DNA of 64,000 nucleotides, taken from Candidatus Omnitrophota bacterium. Its GTDB lineage: Bacteria; Omnitrophota; Omnitrophia; Omnitrophales; Aquincolibacteriaceae. The stretch is from the NCBI GenBank assembly GCA_022709525.1, contig JAKLIQ010000002.1:197523-261522 (forward strand), written 5' to 3'. This document shows positions 38,479 through 48,983 of this stretch, piece by piece. The notes beneath the pieces were generated by a model. The model was given only the letters and a program-made list of their open reading frames with translations. It did no database searches and was not told the DNA's origin. Numbering within the stretch: the first letter of the stretch is position 1; each line of letters starts with the position of its first letter. A program made the translations under genes and the position numbers.

Positions 38479-39723
38479 CTAAACGGTCTTGGGCTCCGGA
38501 AGCGGAACGATAAACTGGACGCCCCGGTTACGGAGAGGGCTGATCTTGGAAATGATCTCGGTGGCAAAATTCCAGGCGAAGATGAGGACATAATCCGTCG
38601 GGTGGGCGTTCAGGTGGGCGCTTGGAACGATCGGGATCTTGCTCCCCGGAACGAGGCGGCCCTGTTTGAGCGGATTGTCGTCCACGATGTAGTCGATCTC
38701 CTTCGGGGTCAAGCCGCAAAAATTAACGATCGTCGAGGCCTTGGCGGGAGCGCCGTAGCCGGAGAGGGTCTTTCCCTGTTTTTTGATATTTTGGATCATC
38801 CCGCCGAGATTTTTCTTAAAATCCATAACACGATTCCCGAAATCCCGGTAAACCCGCTCCTGGAGGCATCCTTTTTCTTTTTCCTCTTGAAGGAGCCGCG
38901 CTACGTTCGGCGTCCTGGAACAGGGCCCTCCTTTTTTCTGGATAAAAACGCGCAAAGAACCGCCGTGCGTGCCAACCTCGGTAATATCAAAGATCTCCAT
39001 TCCGAACCGGTCCGTGAAAAAGTTAAGCGCCGTCACTCCGATATAGCAGACATGTTCATGATAGATCATGTCGAAGAACATTTTCTCCAACATCGTCACA
39101 AGATACGCGAATTCGATCACGAAAAAACCGTCATCGGCAAGAAGTTCCCGGACGTTCCGGACCACGGACTGGATGTCGTCGATATGGGCAAAGACGTTGT
39201 TGGCGCTCACGGCGTCCGCCTTGCCGTGATCTTTGATGATCTCGCGGACCGTTTCGGCGTCAAAATAGCGGTTCAAGGTCTTGATGCCTTGCCGGTTGGC
39301 TTCCGCCGCGAGATTCTTGGCGGGCTCGACGCCCACTCCGTTCATGCCCGCTTTGTGATAGCAGGAAACAAGCAGGCCGTCGTTGCTGCCGATATCGACC
39401 GCGAGCGACCGTTCTTTTTTAACCAGGCGGCGCTTCACATCCTCCGCGTATCCGGCAAAATGCGTCCGGAAAGTCTGGGTCGTAGAGCTGACATAGAGAT
39501 ATTCATCGAACATCAAGGAAGCCGGAACGGAATGGGTCAGCTGGACCAGATGGCATTTTGAGCATTTGACGACAGCAAGCGGGCAATGGAATTCCGGTTT
39601 GTCCCGATCTTCTTTGCGCGGCAGGTTGTTGGCAAGCGGCTGGGAGCCAAGGTCAAGAAAGGGCTCCCCGAGCGGTTCGTCGCAATAGCGGCAGGTTTTC
39701 CTGCGATAAAGATTTTGGGTCAT
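38479..39723 (-). CDS. Class I SAM-dependent C-methyltransferase (NDP-hexose C-methyltransferase-like, N-terminal zinc ribbon)
   Basis: CRYCDE...CSKCHLVQL zinc ribbon, VDIGSNDG SAM motif, and a C-terminal C-methyltransferase-like domain. Confidence 0.65.
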   Translation of the reverse strand: MTQNLYRRKTCRYCDEPLGEPFLDLGSQPLANNLPRKEDRDKPEFHCPLAVVKCSKCHLVQLTHSVPASLMFDEYLYVSSTTQTFRTHFAGYAEDVKRRLVKKERSLAVDIGSNDGLLVSCYHKAGMNGVGVEPAKNLAAEANRQGIKTLNRYFDAETVREIIKDHGKADAVSANNVFAHIDDIQSVVRNVRELLADDGFFVIEFAYLVTMLEKMFFDMIYHEHVCYIGVTALNFFTDRFGMEIFDITEVGTHGGSLRVFIQKKGGPCSRTPNVARLLQEEKEKGCLQERVYRDFGNRVMDFKKNLGGMIQNIKKQGKTLSGYGAPAKASTIVNFCGLTPKEIDYIVDDNPLKQGRLVPGSKIPIVPSAHLNAHPTDYVLIFAWNFATEIISKISPLRNRGVQFIVPLPEPKTV

Positions 39724-39727
39724 GGTC

Positions 39728-40456
39728 TCAAGGCGCCGGTGGAGGAAAAATTCCGGTGATCTTGCTGTGGCGGATAATGATATGCCCGCCGGAAAGAACT
39801 TCGATCTTTCCCTCCGTGATCCGAGCGATCACATTGGCGACAAAATCAGCAGTTTGCTGGCGAGCCGCATCCTCGGCCCCGAAAAGGCTTTTGCGCATTT
39901 CCGTGTTCATCCCGCCGGGGCACACCGTGATGCACTGAAGGCCGGTTTGCGCGTTCTCTTTAGCGACCGCCTGCGACAGCGCGATCACTCCGGATTTTGA
40001 CGCGGAATAAGCGGCAAGGCGCGGCACCGCGCGCACTCCGGCCATGGAGGAAACGTTGATGATAAGGGCCCAGGATTGTTTTTTCATTTCCGGAATAGCG
40101 TATTTACACATCAGGAACGCTGTCTCGAGGTTTTGCTTGAAGTATTCCCGGAATTCCTGAAGCGGGACCTTTTCAACGGACGCCAAGGGGGCCGAATAAC
40201 CGGCATTGTTGATCAGGATATCGATGCTCCCAGCCTTGCGCCGGATGCGCGCCAGCAGGGCTTTCACGGTTTGTTCGGAGGTAAGGTCGCCGGATAGAAG
40301 CGTAAAGCGGTTTGAAGGAACCGCTTTTTTCGCGGCGGGCCAGTGTTTACGCGTGCGGCTGATCCCGAAGACCGTATCGCCTAAAGCGACGAACTGCTTG
40401 GCTAAGGCAAGTCCTAACCCTCGACTGGCTCCGGTGATCACGACGGTTCGTTTCAC
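39728..40456 (-). CDS. Short-chain dehydrogenase/reductase (SDR)
   Basis: TGASRGLG, NNAG and YSASK motifs. Confidence 0.8.
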   Translation of the reverse strand: MKRTVVITGASRGLGLALAKQFVALGDTVFGISRTRKHWPAAKKAVPSNRFTLLSGDLTSEQTVKALLARIRRKAGSIDILINNAGYSAPLASVEKVPLQEFREYFKQNLETAFLMCKYAIPEMKKQSWALIINVSSMAGVRAVPRLAAYSASKSGVIALSQAVAKENAQTGLQCITVCPGGMNTEMRKSLFGAEDAARQQTADFVANVIARITEGKIEVLSGGHIIIRHSKITGIFPPPAP

Positions 40457-40489
40457 GGTGTCCTCAAGCGGATAACAATACCAAGCGGG

Positions 40490-40903
40490 TTATTTCACCT
40501 TGAGTTCGGGATTCAGATATCCTTCGACCACCTGATAGGCGATCGTATCTTCTTCGTATTTTCCCTCTTCCCGCTCCCGGGTTGTGAGCGATAAAAAGAC
40601 GGAATCTTCGGTGAATTTCTGCGCGTGCGCCACAAGCGGCGGCGTTTTGACGATATCCCCTGCCTTCACATGAAGGACCTGTTTGTTAGAAGGGTTGGCC
40701 ACTTCACAGCAATAACTGTCATAGGCGCCGCTGATGAGGTACATATACTGGACGTCTTTTTTGTGATAATGGTTCGCCCGCACGGAACCCTTCTTGGAAG
40801 TAATGTAAGCGACATGTCCCGTTGTTCCCTCAAAAACATTGATGATCTCCCCGCGCGCGTCCACGAAGGCAGGCTTGATGTGCTTCACTGTTTCTAATTC
40901 CAT
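40490..40903 (-). CDS. Cupin-fold WxcM/FdtA-like sugar 3,4-ketoisomerase
   Basis: 137-aa cupin (RANHYHKKDVQYMYLISG) lying inside a sugar-modification cluster. Confidence 0.45.
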   Translation of the reverse strand: MELETVKHIKPAFVDARGEIINVFEGTTGHVAYITSKKGSVRANHYHKKDVQYMYLISGAYDSYCCEVANPSNKQVLHVKAGDIVKTPPLVAHAQKFTEDSVFLSLTTREREEGKYEEDTIAYQVVEGYLNPELKVK

Positions 40904-40924
40904 GATGACGTTCTCCTTGGATGA

Positions 40925-42004
40925 TTAAACTTCTTGGAACCAGGCGATGGTCCTTCGAAGCCCCTCTTTGAGGGGATATTTAGGTTTGAATCCTGTGGCT
41001 TTTTTGATCTTAGTGATATCCGGACAACGCCGCTTAGGATCGCTTTTGGAATAAACCGCGTGCGGCGGATCGATGTGAAGGATCTTCACCGGATAAGGCA
41101 TGGCCTTCGCGACATGCTCGGCGAGCTCGGCTACCGAGATCTCTTTTTCGGGATTCCCGATATTAAACGATTCGCCGTTCGCTTCCGAAAAAAGGACGCG
41201 AAACAGCATTTCGACCGCGTCGTTAATGTAGCAGAACGCCCGCGTGTTGCGCCCGTCCCCGTGGATCGGAAGCGGTTCTTTGCGGAGCGCATGCTCGATG
41301 AAATTCGGCAGCACGCGATAATCATCGGGGCGGATGCCGGGGCCGTAGACATTAAAAGGACGCACCATCTTGACCGGAACGCCGTAGACATTCCAAAAAG
41401 TCTCGCACATGGTTTCGCCAAACCGTTTGGATTCGTCGTAACAGGCGCGGGGGCCGGTCACCGAGACATTCCCGCGGTATTCCTCGATCGTGGGAACGTG
41501 TTTATTGTCCGGATCGCCGTACACTTCGCTGGAACTTGTAAAAAGAAAACTTTTGACCTTTTTTTCGCGGGCGAGTTCGAGCATATTTCTTGTGCCGATC
41601 GTGCCGACATCCATGGTCTCGACCGGGAATTTCGTGTAATAGACCGGCGAGGCGATCCCCGCGGCATGGATCAGGTAATCGATCTTTTTGTCGGTCTTGA
41701 AAGGTTCGATAACGTTATGTTTCTGGAAGGTCAGATTCTCATCGGAGAAGATCTGTTGTTCATAGCCGGTAATAAAATTGTCAAGCAGGACAGCCGAGAG
41801 TTTCCGCTTAAGGACTTCTTTATTGAGGTAGCGAAGAAGAAGGACGATGTAGTTGCCTAAAAAACCTCCGGCGCCGGTCACCAGAAAGGCCTTTCCCTCG
41901 AAATGCCTCCACTGATCCTTGAGGTTTTTGGCAAGCTGGGCGATATCCTCCTGGATGATCTTGGACTGATAAAGCCGCTTGTGATGCGATTGAGCTTTAG
42001 ACAT
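40925..42004 (-). CDS. NAD-dependent NDP-sugar epimerase/dehydratase (extended SDR; UXS/4,6-dehydratase-like)
   Basis: FLVTGAGGFLGNYIV Rossmann motif and CYDESKRFGETMC catalytic YxxxK. Confidence 0.7.
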   Translation of the reverse strand: MSKAQSHHKRLYQSKIIQEDIAQLAKNLKDQWRHFEGKAFLVTGAGGFLGNYIVLLLRYLNKEVLKRKLSAVLLDNFITGYEQQIFSDENLTFQKHNVIEPFKTDKKIDYLIHAAGIASPVYYTKFPVETMDVGTIGTRNMLELAREKKVKSFLFTSSSEVYGDPDNKHVPTIEEYRGNVSVTGPRACYDESKRFGETMCETFWNVYGVPVKMVRPFNVYGPGIRPDDYRVLPNFIEHALRKEPLPIHGDGRNTRAFCYINDAVEMLFRVLFSEANGESFNIGNPEKEISVAELAEHVAKAMPYPVKILHIDPPHAVYSKSDPKRRCPDITKIKKATGFKPKYPLKEGLRRTIAWFQEV

Positions 42005-42105
42005 AAATAACCGTTTTCCCTCTCCGGAAATAACGCGAAAATTTGAAAAATGAGTTGTGATTATAGCGTGTTTGGTGTAGAAGATTCAACAAGCAAATCA
42101 CCTCT

Positions 42106-43386
42106 ATGGAACTTGTTCAAAAAACTATCGATTTTTTTCTAAGACGCAAATGGCTCGGGATCTTGCTCGTCGCCAGTCTGGCGCTGGGTGTGGGCATTTC
42201 CACCTTCTACCGCGGCGCCATTAGCCCGAAGCAACGCACCGATCTGACGGTATTTTTGATCGCCGGAGAAATGGTCGCCGAGGGGCGCGCGGATCATATT
42301 TACGGGATCGAGAATATCCGGCATTGGCACTATGTCTACCCTCCGATCCTCGCGATCCTTCTGGCCCCTATTTCCCAATGGCCGCTCGGCGTTAATGTAG
42401 CGCTGGCCTACCTGCTTTCCCTGGCATGCCTGGCAGGCACTATCATGCTCTCGCTCCGTTTTAAGGAAAATGCAAAGCCGAAGCCGTGGCAGATCGTTCT
42501 TGCGATGCTTTTTTGTCTTCCTCTGTTACTGAATACGCTCACGCGCGGCCAGCTGGGGACTATTTCGCTTTTTTTTGCCGCCTGGATCTTTTATGCCTAT
42601 TTCGAACAAAAAAAGATCATGGCCGGGGTCCTTCTCGCCTTGGCGGTCACGCTTAAGATCAGTCCCCTGGCGTTCCTTGCTTTCTTCTTTTTGATGAAAC
42701 GGGAATGGAAAATTCTGATAAGCGCGGCGGCCGGTTTTGTTTTTTTCTTTTTCGTTTTTCCTTCCTTTGTGATCGGTTTTGAGACGAATTTTGCTCTACT
42801 GAAAACATGGGTGGAGCTTATGTCTTTTTCGCAAACCAGCGCCGCCCCGCAGCATTATCTTTGGGGTGAGCTTTTTACGCCGTTTACCGATGACAACCAA
42901 TCGATTTATGCGACCGTCACGCGTCTTGCTTGGGGCTCTCAAGAAGCTTTTATCCGCTATCCGAACCATTTCATTAAGATGATGACTTCGGCGATCGGAT
43001 TCATCCTTCTTGCGCTTCCTTTTTTGAAAACAAAAAAGGATGATATTGCGCGCGCCAAAGATCCGCTCCGGTCTTTGACGGAATTTTCGCTTTTTCTTAT
43101 GATCATGCTCTTCGCCTCGCCCGTCACGCAGATCCATCATTACACCGTTGCTTATTTTCTCTTTTTGGCTGCGCTGATGACGGCTGAAAAATGCGAGCGA
43201 CGCTCCTGGAGCCGCCGATCCCTCTGGATAAGCATGTGGCTCTGCGCATTTTGTTTTATCGTCGGAAAGATCTTCTGGCAGGCCGGCGAATGGGGCTTGC
43301 CGCTCTGGGGATCGATGCTTCTTTGGGGGGTTGTCCTTCTGAATCTTCCGGGAAAAAGCGCCGAGGATCCTTTAAAGCAACCCTAA
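42106..43386 (+). CDS. Polytopic membrane protein, DUF2029/GT87-like GT-C glycosyltransferase
   Basis: About 10 hydrophobic segments. YPP/IL motif region (YVYPPILAILLAP) typical of the DUF2029 mannosyltransferase-like family. Confidence 0.5.
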   Translation: MELVQKTIDFFLRRKWLGILLVASLALGVGISTFYRGAISPKQRTDLTVFLIAGEMVAEGRADHIYGIENIRHWHYVYPPILAILLAPISQWPLGVNVALAYLLSLACLAGTIMLSLRFKENAKPKPWQIVLAMLFCLPLLLNTLTRGQLGTISLFFAAWIFYAYFEQKKIMAGVLLALAVTLKISPLAFLAFFFLMKREWKILISAAAGFVFFFFVFPSFVIGFETNFALLKTWVELMSFSQTSAAPQHYLWGELFTPFTDDNQSIYATVTRLAWGSQEAFIRYPNHFIKMMTSAIGFILLALPFLKTKKDDIARAKDPLRSLTEFSLFLMIMLFASPVTQIHHYTVAYFLFLAALMTAEKCERRSWSRRSLWISMWLCAFCFIVGKIFWQAGEWGLPLWGSMLLWGVVLLNLPGKSAEDPLKQP

Positions 43387-43707
43387 CTGCAATTTCGCCG
43401 CTTCGCTCATCCGCGTCTGGTCCCAGGGCGGGTCCCAGACGATCTCGATCGAGACCTTTTTAACTCCGGGCACAGCTTCCGCACGGCGTTCCACATCTTT
43501 TTTGATAAGGTCTCCCATCGGGCACATGGGGCTTGTGAATGTCATCCGAACAAGAACTTCGTGTTCTTCCGGGCCAAGCGCCATGATCTTCACTTCGTAG
43601 ATCAATCCGAGATCCACGATGTTGACCGGGATCTCATAGTCGTAACAAAGCCGCAGCTGGTCCCAGATCTGTTTTTCAAGCGGCGTCTGCGGATCGGCTT
43701 GGCTCAT
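43372..43707 (-). CDS. sufT: Fe-S cluster assembly protein SufT (DUF59/MIP18 family)
   Basis: IPVNIVDLGLIYEV...TFTSPMCPMG DUF59 signature. Start at MSQADPQ (ATG 43705-43707), next to the sufU stop. Confidence 0.7.
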   Translation of the reverse strand: MSQADPQTPLEKQIWDQLRLCYDYEIPVNIVDLGLIYEVKIMALGPEEHEVLVRMTFTSPMCPMGDLIKKDVERRAEAVPGVKKVSIEIVWDPPWDQTRMSEAAKLQLGLL

Positions 43708-43708
43708 A

Positions 43709-44164
43709 CTATTCGGTTGAGACCTGTTTGCCCGTCGGCTCCAGCGCTTCAAGCATGGTATGCCACGCAAGTGAGGCGCATTTAACGCGCGACGGAAATT
43801 CACAAACGCCCGCCAAGATCGCTAATTTCCCGACCTTAGTCGCGTCAAAGGGTTTTCCGATCTCGCGGGAGAGCATTTTCCGGACCTCTTCAAAAAGCGC
43901 CCGGGCTTCTTCGCGGGTTTTTCCTTTAAGCGCCGCTGTCATCATCGACGCGGAAGATTTTGAGATCGCGCATCCGGAACCGTCAAAACTGATATCCCGG
44001 ATCACGTCGCCTTCCAGCTTGAGATAAACTTTGAAATGGTCGCCGCAAAGCGGGTTGTAACCTTCCGCGACGCGGCCGGCATCCGGCATTGGACGGAAAT
44101 TTTTCGGGTTTTTGTTGTGATCGATGATCATCTGCTGGTAAAGTTCGCGAATATCCCCGTTCAA
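43709..44164 (-). CDS. sufU: SufU/IscU-like Fe-S assembly sulfurtransferase scaffold
   Basis: NPLCGDHFKVYL...GCAISKSSAS...ASLAWHTM motifs carrying the conserved Cys residues. Confidence 0.8.
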   Translation of the reverse strand: MNGDIRELYQQMIIDHNKNPKNFRPMPDAGRVAEGYNPLCGDHFKVYLKLEGDVIRDISFDGSGCAISKSSASMMTAALKGKTREEARALFEEVRKMLSREIGKPFDATKVGKLAILAGVCEFPSRVKCASLAWHTMLEALEPTGKQVSTE

Positions 44165-45393
44165 CGGAACACCTCCGTCACTTCGCGCAGAGCTTCGGCC
44201 AACCGGTCGATCTCCTGGCGGGTATTATAAAAAGCGAGCGAGGCCCGCGTGGTGGCCGGCACATTGAAGCGCCGCATGACAGGCATCGCGCAGTGGTGTC
44301 CCGCGCGGATCGCGATCCCCTGCCGGTCCAGGATCGTTCCGATATCATGCGCGTGTGCTTCCCCCAGAACGAACGAAAGAATGGCCGATTTTTGCCGCGC
44401 TATCCCGATGATCCTGAGCCCCGGGATCTCCTGCAGTTTTTGGGTGCCGTATTGAAGCAGCTGCTGCTCATAGGCCTCGATCCTTGAAAGTCCGATGGAT
44501 TGGACGTAATCGATCGCGGCGCCGAGTCCGATCACGCCCGCAATATGTGGGGTCCCGGCCTCAAACTTATACGGCAGTTCATTGTAAGTGGTCTTTTCGA
44601 AAGTTACCGAGCGGATCATATCGCCGCCGCCTTGATAAGGCGGCATTTTCTCAAGCAATTCCCTTTTCCCGTAAAGAACCCCGATCCCGGTCGGTCCGAA
44701 AAGCTTGTGTCCCGAAAAAACATAAAAATCGCAATCGAGCTCTCTGACCGAAACGCTTGTGTGAGCTACCGCCTGAGCGCCGTCAATGAGCACCGGAATG
44801 TTTTTTTCATGGGCTAAACGCACGACCTCCTTAACGGGATTGATCGTTCCCAGCGCATTGGATACATGGACAACAGAAACAAATTTAACTTTGGAAGTAA
44901 GAAGTGCTTTAAATTCCTCGAGGATCAGCTCGCCCCGGTCATTGATCGGCGCCACTTTCAGCTTGATCCCGATCTCGCCGGCAAGGATCTGCCATGGCAC
45001 GATATTCGAGTGGTGCTCCATGTGCGTGATCAGGACCTCATCGCCTTTTTTAAGAAAAGCGCGGCCGTAACATTGCGCAACGAGATTGATGGCTTCCGTC
45101 GCGCCGCGAACAAAAATGATCTCTTTATCAGAGCCGGCGCCGATGAATTCCTGGATCTTATGGCGCGCGCTTTTGAAACGCTTGGTCGCCTGTTCACTCA
45201 AACAAAAAATGCCCCGGTGGATGTTCGCGTTCTCGGCCGCGTAATAATGCGTCAGCGTGTCGATGACGGCCTGCGGTTTCTGCGTCGTCGCCGCGTTATC
45301 CAGATAGACCAGCGGTTTGCCGTAAACCTGTTCTTTCAAAATCGGAAAATCAGCGCGTATTTTTTCGACATCCCACGGCGTTCCAAGGTCCAT
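44161..45393 (-). CDS. sufS: Cysteine desulfurase SufS (class V aminotransferase)
   Basis: PLP-Lys region SGHKLFGPTGIGVLYGK, active-site-loop HHCAMPV, and RASLAFYNTRQEIDRL C-terminus. Confidence 0.85.
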   Translation of the reverse strand: MDLGTPWDVEKIRADFPILKEQVYGKPLVYLDNAATTQKPQAVIDTLTHYYAAENANIHRGIFCLSEQATKRFKSARHKIQEFIGAGSDKEIIFVRGATEAINLVAQCYGRAFLKKGDEVLITHMEHHSNIVPWQILAGEIGIKLKVAPINDRGELILEEFKALLTSKVKFVSVVHVSNALGTINPVKEVVRLAHEKNIPVLIDGAQAVAHTSVSVRELDCDFYVFSGHKLFGPTGIGVLYGKRELLEKMPPYQGGGDMIRSVTFEKTTYNELPYKFEAGTPHIAGVIGLGAAIDYVQSIGLSRIEAYEQQLLQYGTQKLQEIPGLRIIGIARQKSAILSFVLGEAHAHDIGTILDRQGIAIRAGHHCAMPVMRRFNVPATTRASLAFYNTRQEIDRLAEALREVTEVFR

Positions 45394-45396
45394 GGC

Positions 45397-46704
45397 TTAT
45401 CCCTTCCTGTTTCCGAGTTGTTCGGAAAGCTTTTCATCAATAAGAGAGATCAATTCATCTTTATAGCGCTGGACGCCCGACCGCTCGATCACCTCCAAAG
45501 CGAATCCTTGCGCCAGCATACGGCCCGCTTCTTTTTCCCCGATCCCGCGCGACCGCAGATAAAAGATCGCGTCTTCTTCAAGTTGGCCGATCGCGACACC
45601 GTGACTGCACTGGACGTCGTCGGCGAGGATCTCAAGCTGGGGCTGGGCATCCACTTGGGCGGCATCGGAAAAAAGCAACCCCTTATAGGTTTGATGCGCG
45701 TCGGTCTTTTGAGCATCCTGCCGGACCACGACTTTCCCGTTAAAAACACCTCGGGAATTCCCCGCCATCAGCCCCTTGAAGAATTGATGGCTCTTTCCGG
45801 CCGGCTTCCTGTGATCCACAAAAGTTTGCTGATCCAGCAGCTGATCCCCGTCGCTTAGGTAAAGACCGTTCAGCGCGCAGGCAGCGCCTTCTTCGTCTAA
45901 GACCGCATGACATTCGTTCCGCGCCAAACGCCCGCCCGTTAAAAGCGTAAAAGATGAAAAAGAACTGGCGTGACGCAAAAGTGTTCGCGTGGAGGCGAAA
46001 TGAAAAACCTTCGCGTTCTCTTTGGCGATCTTCACATGGTCCAAAATAGCGTTCTTGCCCAAAAAAACTTCCGTGACCGCACTGGAGAAATAACCCCGGC
46101 CGTTCCCTGAAAGATAAGTTTCCGCAAGCGCTGCCTTGCTGCCTTCCCCGATCACGACAAGGTTCCTTAAAAAGAACGTCGCATGCTCTTTGGCCGGATC
46201 GGCAAGAAAAACCACCTGAAGCGGTTCTTTTACGGTCATATCTTCGGGAACGTGGAAAAAAAGACCGGAACGGAAAAAAACCGTGTTGAGCGCATTGAAC
46301 GCTTCAGCGCCGGAAGCCCCGCACTGGCCCAAATGGGGCTCCACCAGTTCCGGTTTCTCACGGATCGCTTCTTCAAGACCCATCACCTCGACGCCCGGTT
46401 CGATCGTGGAATATTCGCGCATCAGTTTTCCGTTCATGACGAGTATAAAGTTCTTGCCGGCCTTGTCCTGAAGAACTTTGAGCTCGCCCGGAGAGATCAA
46501 AGCCGCATCCTCTCCCGGAGTAAACGGAAGTTCCCGGAAAGCCGAGAGATCAGTATGCCGCCAAGCATCATTGTCCGACGCCGGAAAACCGTTTCGGAGA
46601 AAAAAATCTTTCGCGCCGTCACGGAGGATCCGAAGCCAGGAAGGCTCACCTCGTCTGCCCCGCTTCAGTCTCTCATATGCTTCTTGGAATTGTTTTAGTT
46701 CCAT
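45397..46704 (-). CDS. sufD: Fe-S cluster assembly protein SufD
   Basis: SufBD-family C-terminal beta-helix region. Start preferred at MELKQF (46704) with AGGATG RBS; the track start at 46713 is MIFMELKQF. Confidence 0.8.
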   Translation of the reverse strand: MELKQFQEAYERLKRGRRGEPSWLRILRDGAKDFFLRNGFPASDNDAWRHTDLSAFRELPFTPGEDAALISPGELKVLQDKAGKNFILVMNGKLMREYSTIEPGVEVMGLEEAIREKPELVEPHLGQCGASGAEAFNALNTVFFRSGLFFHVPEDMTVKEPLQVVFLADPAKEHATFFLRNLVVIGEGSKAALAETYLSGNGRGYFSSAVTEVFLGKNAILDHVKIAKENAKVFHFASTRTLLRHASSFSSFTLLTGGRLARNECHAVLDEEGAACALNGLYLSDGDQLLDQQTFVDHRKPAGKSHQFFKGLMAGNSRGVFNGKVVVRQDAQKTDAHQTYKGLLFSDAAQVDAQPQLEILADDVQCSHGVAIGQLEEDAIFYLRSRGIGEKEAGRMLAQGFALEVIERSGVQRYKDELISLIDEKLSEQLGNRKG

Positions 46705-46715
46705 AAATATCATCC

Positions 46716-46790
46716 TAGACCAAAGACCACAGACTAGAGACTACAGCAAAAGATTTTAAGTCTTTTGTCTCCGGTTTTCAGTCTTGTTTC
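46716..46790. repeat. Palindromic repeat element (family A copy 4), intergenic between sufC and sufD (3' end overlaps the sufC stop region)
   Basis: tagaccaaagaccacagactagagactacagcaaaagattttaagtcttttgtctccggttttcagtcttgtttcac. AGACT/AGTCT inverted arms and the GTCTCCGGT...CTTGTTTCAC core are shared with copies 1 and 2. Confidence 0.6.
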
Positions 46791-47521
46791 ACCCATTCAT
46801 ACCCTTTTTCTTCCAATTTGAACGCGAGGTCCTTGCCGCCGGAAAGAACGATCTTTCCGCCCATCAGCACATGAACATGATCCGGTGTGATGTAGTTAAG
46901 CATACGCTGGTAATGCGTCACGAGGATAAATGACCTTTTGGGACTGCGAAGGCGGTTCACACCTTCGGCAACGGTTTTGAGCGCATCGATATCAAGCCCG
47001 GAGTCGGTTTCGTCGAGGATCGCGAGCTTAGGGCTAAGCGCCGCAAGCTGCAGAATCTCGTTACGCTTTTTCTCGCCGCCCGAGAACCCTTCGTTCACCG
47101 GGCGATTCAGAAAACTTTCATCCATCTCCACGGTCTTCATTTTTTCCTTCAGGAACTCAAGGAACTCCATCGCGTCGAGCTCTTCAAGGCCTTTGGCCTT
47201 TCTCATCTCGTTGACGGCCGCTTTCAGGAAATAAGCGTTATTGACGCCGGGGATATCGATCGGATACTGAAACGCGAGAAAAAGCCCCTGACGCGCCCGT
47301 TCTTCCACCGGCATTTGAAAAAGGTCTTTTCCCTCATAGGTTGCGCTTCCTTTTGTCACGATATATGAAGGATGGCCGGCTAGAACTCGGGTGAGCGTGC
47401 TTTTTCCCGAGCCGTTCGGCCCCATAATGGCGTGCACCTCCCCGGCCCCGACTTTAAGGTCGATGCCTTTGAGGATCTCCGTCCCCCCGATGCTGACATG
47501 CAAATCTTTGATCTCTAACAT
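46778..47521 (-). CDS. sufC: Fe-S cluster assembly ATPase SufC
   Basis: Walker A GPNGSGKST, ABC signature and Walker B LAILDETDSGLD. Confidence 0.9.
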   Translation of the reverse strand: MLEIKDLHVSIGGTEILKGIDLKVGAGEVHAIMGPNGSGKSTLTRVLAGHPSYIVTKGSATYEGKDLFQMPVEERARQGLFLAFQYPIDIPGVNNAYFLKAAVNEMRKAKGLEELDAMEFLEFLKEKMKTVEMDESFLNRPVNEGFSGGEKKRNEILQLAALSPKLAILDETDSGLDIDALKTVAEGVNRLRSPKRSFILVTHYQRMLNYITPDHVHVLMGGKIVLSGGKDLAFKLEEKGYEWVKQD

Positions 47522-47543
47522 TCATTCCTCCTGATATGCTGAT

Positions 47544-48983
47544 TCATCCCACACTGCCTTCAAGACTCACGCCGAGCAGCCGCTGGGCCTCGACGGCGAA
47601 TTCCATCGGAAGATTTTTAAAAACTTCTTTGCAAAAGCCGTGCACGATCATGGAGATGGCGTTCTCAACGGACATCCCGCGCTGACGGCAGTAAAAAAGC
47701 TGGTCTTCATTGATCTTGGAAGTGGTGGCTTCGTGCTCGGCGCGCGAAGTGCGGTTAGCTACTTCCAGGGTCGGAAAAGTGTTCGCGCTTGAACGGTCCC
47801 CCATTAAAAGTGAATCACATTGCGTGTAGTTGCGCGCGTGTTCGGCGCGCGGCACCATCTTGACCAGGCCGCGATAAGTGTTCTTTCCATAGCGGGCCGA
47901 GATCCCTTTGGAAATGATCGTGCTTTTTGTGTGCTTGCCCAGATGGATCATTTTGGTCCCCGTATCCGCCTGCTGGTGGTTATTGACTACGGCTACCGAA
48001 TAAAATTCCCCCACCGAATGATCCCCTTGCAGGATGCAACTCGGATATTTCCAGGTGATCGCGGAACCCGTTTCCACCTGCGTCCATGAGATTTTGGAAT
48101 GCGCACCCTGGCAAAGCCCGCGTTTGGTCACAAAATTATAGATCCCGCCCTTGCCTTCTTTGTCGCCGGCATACCAGTTCTGGACCGTGGAATATTTAAT
48201 CGATGCCTTTTCATGCGCCACCAGTTCGACCACGGCGGCGTGGAGCTGGTTCTTATCGCGGATCGGCGCCGTGCATCCCTCCAGATAACTGACGGAACTT
48301 CCTTCATCAGCCACGATCAAGGTTCTTTCGAATTGACCCGTATCCATCGCGTTGATGCGAAAGTAGGTCGAAAGCTCCATTGGGCAGCGGACCCCTTTCG
48401 GGATATAACAAAAGGAACCGTCGCTAAAGACCGCGGAGTTGAGCGCGGCAAAGAAATTGTCTTTGACCGGAACAACGGAGCCCAAGTATTTTTGAATCAG
48501 GTCGGGGTGTTCCCGGACCGCTTCCGAGAAAGAACAAAAGATGATGCCGTATTCTTTGAGCTTCTCTTTGAAAGTGGTCGCCACCGACACGCTGTCAAAA
48601 ACCGCGTCGACCGCGACGCCCGCGAGGCGCTTTTGTTCTTCGAGCGGGATCCCGAGCTTTTCATAAGTTCGAAGGATTTCCTTGTCGACCTCGTCAAGAC
48701 TTTTGGGGCCGTCCTTTTTTTGCTTGGGCGCGGAATAATAGATGATGTCCTGATAATCGATCTTGGGATACCGGACGCTCGACCACGCGGGCTCTTTCAT
48801 CTTTAGCCACTGCCGGTAGGCCGCGAGACGCCACGCCAGCATGAACTCCGGTTCCCGCTTTTTCTTCGAAATAAAGCGGATCGTGTCCTCGTTCAACCCC
48901 CGCGGCGCGGCATCCGACTCGATCGGCGTCACGAAACCATAGGGATACTCTTTTTTGAGGAATGATTCGGGATCGTTCGTCAT
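47544..48983 (-). CDS. sufB: Fe-S cluster assembly protein SufB
   Basis: 479 aa with SufB family sequence throughout (e.g. ...NTYRGLVK...). Confidence 0.9.
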   Translation of the reverse strand: MTNDPESFLKKEYPYGFVTPIESDAAPRGLNEDTIRFISKKKREPEFMLAWRLAAYRQWLKMKEPAWSSVRYPKIDYQDIIYYSAPKQKKDGPKSLDEVDKEILRTYEKLGIPLEEQKRLAGVAVDAVFDSVSVATTFKEKLKEYGIIFCSFSEAVREHPDLIQKYLGSVVPVKDNFFAALNSAVFSDGSFCYIPKGVRCPMELSTYFRINAMDTGQFERTLIVADEGSSVSYLEGCTAPIRDKNQLHAAVVELVAHEKASIKYSTVQNWYAGDKEGKGGIYNFVTKRGLCQGAHSKISWTQVETGSAITWKYPSCILQGDHSVGEFYSVAVVNNHQQADTGTKMIHLGKHTKSTIISKGISARYGKNTYRGLVKMVPRAEHARNYTQCDSLLMGDRSSANTFPTLEVANRTSRAEHEATTSKINEDQLFYCRQRGMSVENAISMIVHGFCKEVFKNLPMEFAVEAQRLLGVSLEGSVG

